Assembly: GCA_965261395.1 (NCBI GenBank)
Contig: OZ253462.1
Span: forward strand, 6,400,001 to 6,464,000
From: Candidatus Latescibacterota bacterium
GTDB taxonomy: Bacteria; Latescibacterota; UBA2968; UBA8231
Direction of reading: 5' to 3'
DNA length: 64,000 nucleotides
In this document: in pieces, positions 21,511 through 28,540 of the stretch
Layout of the letters: each line of letters starts with the position of its first letter
Numbering within the stretch: position 1 is the stretch's first letter
Translations under genes and position numbers: made by a program
Notes under the pieces: generated by a model
Seen by the model: the letters and a program-made list of their open reading frames with translations, nothing else
What the model was told of the DNA's origin: nothing
Databases searched by the model: none

Positions 21511-21700
21511 GGCGGTTCCTTTGTGTTAGGGGTGAGGTCTTTCGCCGACAGCGGCGAATGCTCCGTCCATGGAAGCAAATTAAGGGTTGCCTAGGACCTT
21601 TCCAAACAAATTCCCACAGGGTAATCACAAGGATTATCCCCACCCAATCGCCGTAGGAGCCGCTCTTGTGGCGACCCTCCGATCGTCCCCAACGGATCCG

Positions 21701-22690
21701 CTACAACCACTGTAACAAGAACCGAGCCTGTGCCTCCTCTAAGCTTAGCAAGCCCTGGACGTACTCGCGGATGCGCTTCAGCATGGCCGCCGGATCGTTG
21801 CACGCTCCCTTGAAGAACAAGACGCGCGTCGCTTCCCAACGCCGGCCTATGTCCCCAAAGGTATCGGCCGCAGCCGACAGGGCACCTAAGCCGGTTGCAG
21901 CCGCCAGCCGCCGCAGGTTGTCGTCCATCCGTCGGCGCTGAGGGCCGAGTAGGGATATCTGGCAGAACACCTCCCGCATCCAAACGCGCAGGCTCTCTTC
22001 GTCCTGCTCAGTCTGACGCTCTATCTCCTCGACAAAGCGCTGCGCGGCCGGCAGGCCCGTCTCTACCCGGCCGACCTTGTTGCCCGCGAGCATCTCCCGC
22101 ACATCCGCCAAGAGGACCTGCCCCATTTTTTTAACTGGATAAGGGTCGAGATCCTCGGGTACCGCGTAGTCGTACACCACCAGCTCGGGCAACATCTCGG
22201 ACAGACAAGAGAGCGGCACCCGCCCTACAAAGCCCTGTGGATTGACTAAGACCATCAACATATCCGCCGCTTGATCGTACCCGTAGATGAGCATGGCTTC
22301 GCTCGCGCCGGGGGTGCGATTGTAGCGAAAGGCCGCATCGCTTACATCGCGGGCATCCACCCAAGCGAGCAGCACCCGGTCTGCGGCAATTGACTCCTCA
22401 ATGGCCTGCCACAGGTCGGCAAAATTGTCGCGGCGCACCTCGCGGCGCTCAATTCCGTGGAGATAGTACAAATTGCGATGGATAAGCTCGTTGGCGGGCA
22501 GGCCGACTGGCATTCTCTCCTCGGCGTCAAAAAAGAACGACCAGCTCATCAAGGCCCCGTAGTACGCTCGCTCGTCGGCGAGCTGGGGGCTATGGTATTG
22601 GAGCGCGGCCATAATAGTCTCCCCAGGGGCGAACAACATAGGATCCCTCTCGACTCGGTATAGATTAACAGGGCGACGTACCTTTTTCAC
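21701..22690 (-). CDS. BtrH N-terminal-domain-like protein (papain-like fold) with helical C-terminus
   Basis: AIEESIAADRVLLAWVD...MLIYGYDQAAD and GLPAAQRFVEEI...E..A pattern. Catalytic Cys/His are not evident. Confidence 0.55.
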   Translation of the reverse strand: MKKVRRPVNLYRVERDPMLFAPGETIMAALQYHSPQLADERAYYGALMSWSFFFDAEERMPVGLPANELIHRNLYYLHGIERREVRRDNFADLWQAIEESIAADRVLLAWVDARDVSDAAFRYNRTPGASEAMLIYGYDQAADMLMVLVNPQGFVGRVPLSCLSEMLPELVVYDYAVPEDLDPYPVKKMGQVLLADVREMLAGNKVGRVETGLPAAQRFVEEIERQTEQDEESLRVWMREVFCQISLLGPQRRRMDDNLRRLAAATGLGALSAAADTFGDIGRRWEATRVLFFKGACNDPAAMLKRIREYVQGLLSLEEAQARFLLQWL

Positions 22691-22849
22691 GGTATCCTCA
22701 ATCGGTTAGGGTGAGTTGCCAAAGTCAGGGCAAGGCGCACATATAGAGTGGTCTAAAAAGGACTTCTGCTCTAGACAGCGGATGGGATGGTAATGAGCAA
22801 GTCGCCTTGGGCCGAGGCGGGCTTTCACCGCGCCTTCAGGCGTGAACAT

Positions 22850-23037
22850 GACCCATCTCCTTTGGAGAAGGGAACAGGAGGCCCCCGAAGGGGCCGGGCC
22901 GTGTCCAACATTCCCTGCAGAATGCAGCGATGTCTCTACCTATTCACCAAGGCGGAGGGAGCGACCCTTCGCCGGGTTTCGGCTATTGTATTAAGCAGAT
23001 AACCCGACTAAGGCGGGATCTGCAAGGAATGATGGAC
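22850..23037 (-). ncRNA. Candidate structured leader RNA, copy A (family unassigned)
   Basis: Closing stem GUCCAUCAUUCCUUGCAGA / UCUGCAGGGAAUGUUGGAC. Internal core conserved with copy B, with compensatory changes. Lies between a terminator plus promoter and the BtrH-like gene. Confidence 0.65.
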
Positions 23038-23043
23038 AGCCTG

Positions 23044-23073
23044 AAGATAGGGGGAGATGGTCACTGGCGACAA
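23044..23073 (-). promoter_or_regulatory. sigma70-like promoter (TTGTCG-18-TATCTT) for RNA copy A
   Basis: Sits just downstream of the terminator and 6 nt before the closing stem. Confidence 0.5.
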
Positions 23074-23096
23074 GGCAAACTTGTTTGGTGATGGGC

Positions 23097-23126
23097 AAAA
23101 AAAACCAGCCCCTTGGCGGGGCTGGT
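23097..23126 (-). terminator. Rho-independent terminator after the DUF1854 gene
   Basis: Minus strand reads ACCAGCCCC-GCCAA-GGGGCTGG followed by T8. Confidence 0.9.
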
Positions 23127-23152
23127 CGGCACGTTGCAACGGCGAGCGCTGG

Positions 23153-23683
23153 TCAGACGACCTGCTCAACCGCGGCCAAACTCTTCTTGTCCAGTTCGTC
23201 GAGGCGCGGAATTTCAAAGCGGTTGCCGTCCACGTCGGTGATCAGCAGCCGGTGGTCGCCGAGCCACTGGGCGTTTTCCGAGACGTTCTGGACGACGAAC
23301 TCGCGCGGGCCGCGATCGGTCTGCACATCCCAATAAGAGGTGCCGTATTCGTTGCGCACCGCATTGACCTGCTGAATCGCCGCGGTCAAATAGCGGCGGT
23401 CCAACTCCTCCTCAATCAAGGCGCGCGCCTCTAAGTCGAGCTGTGTGAGTTCGTCGATCATACAGATCTCCTCATCTTTGGCGTCGAGGAAGCAGATATG
23501 GCGGGTCGGGTGGGACAGCGGCGCGGCGCGGACGACCTTTACCTTCAGGTACGAGCGGTCGCCGTCAATGGTCAAGCGCAAGATCCAAGCCGGCTCGCGG
23601 AACAGGCGCAGCTTGCCAATTTCTACGTGCTCGGGATGAGTCACGGAAATCGGGGTGATCGCTGGTTTTTCGTTATCTGCCAT
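23153..23683 (-). CDS. DUF1854-family protein
   Basis: VRAAPLSHPTRHICFLD...LIEEELDRRY...WDVQTDRG...LLITDVDGNRFEIP...LDKKS. ATG at 23683 with GAGGA RBS. This family is usually paired with such ABC exporters. Confidence 0.85.
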   Translation of the reverse strand: MADNEKPAITPISVTHPEHVEIGKLRLFREPAWILRLTIDGDRSYLKVKVVRAAPLSHPTRHICFLDAKDEEICMIDELTQLDLEARALIEEELDRRYLTAAIQQVNAVRNEYGTSYWDVQTDRGPREFVVQNVSENAQWLGDHRLLITDVDGNRFEIPRLDELDKKSLAAVEQVV

Positions 23684-23697
23684 TGCGTCGTTCCTCA

Positions 23698-24011
23698 CTA
23701 GCCGCTGGTGGCCATAACCGCCGAAGTCTCGCGTTGGGTGTTTACCAGGTTGTAGAAAATGCCCTCGCGCGCCATCAGTTCCTCGTGCGTGCCAACCTCG
23801 GCTATTTTGCCCGCGTCGAGGACCACGAGGCGATCCGCGCTGCGCAGCGTCGAGAGCCGGTGGGCAATGGCAAAAGTCGTGCGGCCTTTGACGAGCCGCT
23901 GAATAGCCTCCTGGATCTTCTTCTCGGTCGGCGTGTCGAGCGACGAAGTCGCCTCGTCTAAGATCAGGATCCTCGGGTCGTGGAGAATGGCCCGCGCAAT
24001 GGAGATGCGCT
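23698..24011 (-). repeat. 314-bp direct repeat, copy 1: orphaned 3' end of the ABC exporter gene
   Basis: Near-identical to 28227-28540. Encodes [23 protein letters not shown]...SAVMATSG* with no start, and abuts the DUF1854 RBS. Confidence 0.95.
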
Positions 24012-24065
24012 ATCGGCCGTATATGAGTATGCTCAGACTTATGAAGAAATCTGCTTCATTGGAAC

Positions 24066-25121
24066 TTACTCAGCGCCCTCGCACCAAGAGAAGTTTATGC
24101 TGAACCGGTCAGCACCAAGGACTTCAGTAACCAAGTGGTTGGAATTCGTTGATACGCGGAAGAAGAATAGTCTATTGTGGGTAGGGGTAACTGCCTCAAC
24201 AACTTCTGTTGGATCAGACCCCATTGCTACTAATACACCATCATTCGGTGCCCGATACTCGGTATCGAGAAAGAGTACGCCCCGGAGTCGCTCGCCATTG
24301 GGATGACAATCGTTGTGGAAGCCTATATAATCGCCTAAGCGCATTTTGTGAGCTACCACTTCGGGGTTGTGCAAGGCGACATGACCGGTAGCGGTTGCGA
24401 GCCAAGAAAGCATAGCATCGGAACACAAGGCTGCCGTCAAATTGCCAATCGCTGGCCCGAGGCCAGGATCGCCAGTTTGAAAAATAAACTCATCCTGTAG
24501 GTAGAAGTCGGTTTCTGCACGGAACCAGCCTTGAAGTGTTTTCAACTCCTGTAAACACTGTTCTGCGATATCTCTTTGTAGAAAGTTATCAAAGATCGCA
24601 TGGGGAAAACCTTCGGCTCCCCAGAAGCGTCCTTGGTGGCACACCAATGTTTCTACGGTCATCCATTCGGGTGACAACACCGGGCTCAGCGCATTGAGAG
24701 ATTCGGAACTCGGAAGTGGTGTCATTGGGTGCTGCGTGAAATCAATTGCTGGACATGAACTGCGACCAACAATTGCATAGGCAGCTAGACGATGCAGCCC
24801 ATCCCAAAGTGTGCCATCCAAGCCAATCACAATCGGAGGTGGTTCGAAGCCTGTCCGGAGCCTTGCGGCTAGTTGCTGTATGTACTCGACGTGTTCTTTC
24901 TGTTCCGCCGGAAGTTGGGATATCTCAGCGTCGTGCTGGGCAAGTTGAATCGCTTGGCGAAGCGTACCAACATGCTCGCCCCACCTTTCGGCATCCAACA
25001 AGTATGCTAGCTGATCCTGGACGCCTACGATCCGGACGCAACGAGGGTGATAGGACGCCAGCAGTTCTCCGATATGCCAACGGTTCCCCTGTCCGTCGTC
25101 ATAGATGCTCTCGGATTTCAC
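24066..25121 (-). CDS. Fusion of a ParB/Srx-like N-terminal domain and a 2OG-Fe(II) oxygenase
   Basis: PPPIVIGLDGTLWDGLHRLAAY is ParB-like. FPHAIFDNFL...IGFHNDC...HNRLFFF...NHLVTEV...RFSINF supplies the HxD...H...RxS motif. GTG start overlaps the HExxH stop (GTGA). Confidence 0.8.
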   Translation of the reverse strand: MKSESIYDDGQGNRWHIGELLASYHPRCVRIVGVQDQLAYLLDAERWGEHVGTLRQAIQLAQHDAEISQLPAEQKEHVEYIQQLAARLRTGFEPPPIVIGLDGTLWDGLHRLAAYAIVGRSSCPAIDFTQHPMTPLPSSESLNALSPVLSPEWMTVETLVCHQGRFWGAEGFPHAIFDNFLQRDIAEQCLQELKTLQGWFRAETDFYLQDEFIFQTGDPGLGPAIGNLTAALCSDAMLSWLATATGHVALHNPEVVAHKMRLGDYIGFHNDCHPNGERLRGVLFLDTEYRAPNDGVLVAMGSDPTEVVEAVTPTHNRLFFFRVSTNSNHLVTEVLGADRFSINFSWCEGAE

Positions 25122-26356
25122 AGAGCGGCCTCTAGCTTGGCCATGGAGTGGAATACGTCGCCGCCAGCTTGGGTGAATGGGCAATGAATGGCTAGTAGGT
25201 TATGCACTTGGCTGAGTTGCTCAGACACTTCTTCAACACGGCGTGAGGCATATCGGGATAGCTGATGCTCTCCCATTGCTACGCGCCGCCAAAACGCCCC
25301 TACAATGGCAAACACGAAGTACCCGTGCAGCAACCCGCTCAAAGGACGTGGCTCCCCCTTCCAAGGCGATGGATAACATATGATATGCGCGGAGGAGTCA
25401 TACAGAGGTATCTGGCTCTCAAGTAAGTACAGCTTTTGATGGCTGTGTTCGTGTATCAGCGAGTCCAACAGATCGCCTAGGCCGATGGGTTTGCCAGCGA
25501 CTATGGGACATAAGAACACGGCACCCGGCACACTGTTATTGCTAAAGCTGCTGACAGTGTTCTGGTTGACCAGATCGCTATAGAACACTACATGGCGGTT
25601 GATGAGCAGGAGTTCATCCCATAGTTCGGGCCACTGACCGCGGAGTATCTCCAATGCTTCCCTTAGTACGCGGTCCGTAGCGGAAGCCTCGGCCACCATC
25701 GGTATGCCGAAGTCACAGCCGGACTCAAACGGCTTCGTGAGATACGGGCTTCTAGCATCAATTTCGACATGGCCTTCGTACAACGGTGTAGCCAATGCTC
25801 GCCAGCACTCCTCGGTGGCAATTTCGGTCCAGACGGGAAGTTGTGAATCGGCAGTCAACTCCACGAGCAGGCCGTCCACCAACAGACCAGACTTCTCCAC
25901 GCTGCAATGAACGGGTCTGCCGCCACTAAGTAGAGTACCTCCGGTCCCCGCGAGTGTGAACGCAACTTGAGGATGTAGCGTCGCCTCGTGACCGACGGTG
26001 CCTGACGCGAGTCCTGCCGCTAAGGCAAAGGGGTAGAAGTCCCGGTGATCGAAGCCGCGCTGGCGGCAGGCTTGGATCTCATCCTCGTCACCGTATATGA
26101 GTACCTCGGCCATAAGTTGCCACGAAACGAACGACGGATCGGATACTAGCAAGTCGCGTCCCTTAGAATTCAGACTTTCCAACACTGACAGTGCCGAGGC
26201 TGCCCAAGCACGGTAATCATCCACCTCATGGAGCATGGTGAGGATCGCGACGAGGTCTTCCCATTGCTGGCACATCCAAGCTAGCCTCACGCACTTAAGT
26301 GTCTGCTTAGATGCGGACGGGTCGGCGAACGACGAGCAGTCGTAACCGGTACTCAT
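25118..26356 (-). CDS. aKG-HExxH family peptide-modifying protein (putative beta-hydroxylase)
   Basis: SFSNNSVPGAVFL...DSLIHEHSHQKLYLLE...SPWKGEPRPLSGLLHGYFVF. ATGA-coupled to the radical SAM gene. Confidence 0.88.
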   Translation of the reverse strand: MSTGYDCSSFADPSASKQTLKCVRLAWMCQQWEDLVAILTMLHEVDDYRAWAASALSVLESLNSKGRDLLVSDPSFVSWQLMAEVLIYGDEDEIQACRQRGFDHRDFYPFALAAGLASGTVGHEATLHPQVAFTLAGTGGTLLSGGRPVHCSVEKSGLLVDGLLVELTADSQLPVWTEIATEECWRALATPLYEGHVEIDARSPYLTKPFESGCDFGIPMVAEASATDRVLREALEILRGQWPELWDELLLINRHVVFYSDLVNQNTVSSFSNNSVPGAVFLCPIVAGKPIGLGDLLDSLIHEHSHQKLYLLESQIPLYDSSAHIICYPSPWKGEPRPLSGLLHGYFVFAIVGAFWRRVAMGEHQLSRYASRRVEEVSEQLSQVHNLLAIHCPFTQAGGDVFHSMAKLEAAL

Positions 26357-27549
26357 GAATCAACCGGTGTCGCTACCAGTCCCAAGTCCTGACGAACCAC
26401 CCTATTCACATGGCGTATCAGGTGCGCGAGGTCTCCGCAGTATATCGAAGGGTTGGCGAATCCATTCGCTTTCGAGTAACGATGCGGCAAATGTCCTGCG
26501 CCACATACCGGCGCAAGTGAACAGCTAGTGCAGGACGGTGGAAGTTGCTGATGGAGTTCCATGCGCTGACGGACGAAATCCGAGGACAGAACTTCCGCGA
26601 ATGAGGAGGAGACGACGTTCCACTTTCGACCCAGAATGGGCACCCCATGGTCAGTGATCTTCATCACGTCCACGTCTTGGATCTCGCCGTTAGTTTCAAC
26701 AGTGAGGATGGAAAAGTATCCGGGACCGATTCCCTCGGTGCGGCTCTCTCCGCCGAGTGTCAGGTCAAGGACATTCTCGAAAAGTCGAACACGGAGGTCG
26801 CCCTTTGATGCGTACCAAGAGTCAAACGCTCGTTGAAGCCACTTCCCGTAAACGGCAGCGTTGTCTCGTATTCCCGGCTCAGCAATTCCCGGGGGGATAT
26901 TCTCGTATGTTCCATCCGGCAACAAGAAGTCTATGCTGGGAATTCCCATCCGTTGTGCCCAAGTCAGGGTTTCCACGGGGTCTGCCGCAAGATCAACAAC
27001 CGCAAGGACACCCCTGAACATATCCGCGTACCTTGGTTGGCTAGTCATCAACCGGATCGCTCCCTCAACAGCCTGAAAGGTAGGCCGCCCCTGGTGGTCA
27101 ATACGGTGTACGTCATGGGATTGAGGGCCATCGGCACTCACAGCAACCGTCATGTCGTAACTAGCGAAAAGATCAAGCCAAGCAGCGTCAAGCAGTACGC
27201 CGTTGGTTTGAAGGGACATGGAAAGCTGTCGGGATGCGTTGGGGAGTTCATTTCGGACTGCTTCAATGAGCGCCCTGAACCGCTGCTTGCCGAGGAGCAA
27301 AGGCTCCCCGCCATGAAAAACTACTGTAACTTCGTCAAAGCCAGTGTCATCCAGATACTCGGCGAGGCGGCGACCAAAGGCGGTCGCAGTACCAAGCGAC
27401 ATCAGCTTGGGTTGCTCTCGCCATGATTGGTCAGGATGCTCATAGACATAACAATAGTCGCAAGCCAGATTGCACCGGCTTGCGACTTTCAGTAGGAAGC
27501 TCGTCACAAACGGGGATCGCTCGCTCCCTTCAGGCACAGCCCCATTCAT
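26353..27549 (-). CDS. Cyclophane-forming radical SAM/SPASM peptide maturase (FxsB/YhhB-like)
   Basis: LLKVASRCNLACDYCYVY, FHGGEPLL, LQTNG, VETNGEI, CTSCSLAPVCGAGHLPHRYS...NPSIYC. Confidence 0.9.
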   Translation of the reverse strand: MNGAVPEGSERSPFVTSFLLKVASRCNLACDYCYVYEHPDQSWREQPKLMSLGTATAFGRRLAEYLDDTGFDEVTVVFHGGEPLLLGKQRFRALIEAVRNELPNASRQLSMSLQTNGVLLDAAWLDLFASYDMTVAVSADGPQSHDVHRIDHQGRPTFQAVEGAIRLMTSQPRYADMFRGVLAVVDLAADPVETLTWAQRMGIPSIDFLLPDGTYENIPPGIAEPGIRDNAAVYGKWLQRAFDSWYASKGDLRVRLFENVLDLTLGGESRTEGIGPGYFSILTVETNGEIQDVDVMKITDHGVPILGRKWNVVSSSFAEVLSSDFVRQRMELHQQLPPSCTSCSLAPVCGAGHLPHRYSKANGFANPSIYCGDLAHLIRHVNRVVRQDLGLVATPVDS

Positions 27550-27555
27550 TCGCTA

Positions 27556-27726
27556 CTAGCTCTTGTTGTGCTTATGGTGCTGCCTGTCGTAGCGAACAGC
27601 TACTGCGCTACCCTTGCCTCCGCGCTCTATGACCCGCGCTACTGCGGCTTGGAGTCTATGATTCTCAATAAGAGAGTTGTCCAAGGTCTTGGGATCGATG
27701 TTCGGGAGGGTGGTTTTCTGGCTCAT
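27556..27726 (-). CDS. RiPP (triceptide-type, YhhA-like) precursor peptide, 56 aa; absent from the ORF track
   Basis: Manual translation: MSQKTTLPNIDPKTLDNSLIENHRLQAAVARVIERGGKGSAVAVRYDRQHHKHNKS*. AAGGAG RBS. Stop lies 6 nt before the rSAM ATG. Confidence 0.9.
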   Translation of the reverse strand: MSQKTTLPNIDPKTLDNSLIENHRLQAAVARVIERGGKGSAVAVRYDRQHHKHNKS

Positions 27727-27793
27727 TTACTAGCTCCTTTCTTTGCGTTCGTTGCTAAAATAAATGGCACCAAGAATTTATTTAGAGCGAATA

Positions 27794-27822
27794 AATATAT
27801 CTCGTCGGCGTCCTAAGGTCAA
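27794..27822 (-). promoter_or_regulatory. sigma70-like promoter of the RiPP operon (TTGACC-17-TATATT)
   Basis: Near-consensus hexamers with 17-bp spacing, about 70 nt upstream of the precursor ATG. Confidence 0.65.
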
Positions 27823-28226
27823 GAGCTACTAGTGGGTAGTGACTCAGTTTGAAATCCAGCTTCCGAGAGCCGAAATCAGGCCCGGAACTTGCATAGGCGC
27901 AAAAAGGCGAGGGGAGTAGTGGATCGCCCTACCAGCCTACCGAGGCCGAGGATAACCGAGCGCTAGGGAAAACCCGTGGCGTCCTATCCGTCGAACTTGC
28001 TGATCGGAGTCAAGCCTTTAGTCGATGATCTTCATCGTCTTTTTGTACAACTTCGTCCACTTGTGGAAATGTTCCGCCTTGTGGAGATGTCTAAAAGGAA
28101 ATATCAGTGCTCGGTCGAAAAGTTCCTGAGTTTCATATCTCTCAAACGTTTTTCCGGCCATTATCTTTTTACTTGTGTGGCCAGAAATCGCTCACTGTAG
28201 ATTTTGGGTCATTCAGCCTCCGCAAA

Positions 28227-28540
28227 TTACCCTCCCGTAGCCATGACAGCCGAAGTCTCGCGTTGGGTGTTTACCAGATTGTAGAAAATGCCCTCGCGCG
28301 CCATCAGTTCCTCGTGCGTGCCAACCTCGGCTATTTTGCCCGCGTCGAGGACCACGAGGCGATCCGCGCTGCGCAGCGTCGAGAGCCGGTGGGCAATGGC
28401 AAAAGTCGTGCGGCCTTTGACGAGCCGCTGAATAGCCTCCTGGATCTTCTTCTCGGTCGGCGTGTCGAGCGACGAGGTCGCCTCGTCTAAGATTAGTATC
28501 CTCGGGTCGTGGAGAATGGCCCGCGCAATGGAGATGCGCT
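28227..28540 (-). repeat. 314-bp direct repeat, copy 2: current 3' end of the ABC exporter
   Basis: About a dozen mostly synonymous mismatches to copy 1; ends SAVMATGG*. Confidence 0.95.

Larger units (their letters stand above)
24012..28540. mobile_element. Integrated genomic islet carrying a RiPP cluster; no integrase inside
   Basis: Bounded by the 314-bp direct repeats, visibly lower GC than its flanks, and splits the ABC-ABC-DUF1854 operon. Confidence 0.8.

Noticed and set aside
22850-23037. Known RNA classes (c-di-AMP/ydaO, SAM-I, 6S, HDV-like ribozyme) for the duplicated leader
   Set aside because: Only short words match (GCUUAAU, GGUGAAU, GGAGGGA, AUGGG), and their order or pairing does not fit. 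An Rfam search is still needed to be sure.
23683-24306. Plus-strand ORFs 23683-23961 and 23980-24306, and their twins at 28107-28835, as duplicated small genes
   Set aside because: They are antisense shadows of the duplicated ABC 3' end.
25118-26356. HExxH protein as the leader-removing zinc protease
   Set aside because: The HExxH...SPW..PRP..GLLHG pattern matches the aKG-dependent HExxH oxygenase family, not zincins.
26353-27549. Anaerobic sulfatase maturase serving the sulfatase at 37-39 kb
   Set aside because: It sits in a separate islet, directly behind an aromatic-X-X precursor and before a HExxH gene, and has the triceptide-maturase HRY...NPSIYC tail.
27568-27816. Plus-strand 82-aa ORF over the precursor region
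   Set aside because: It is antisense to the precursor, which has the RBS, promoter and operon context.
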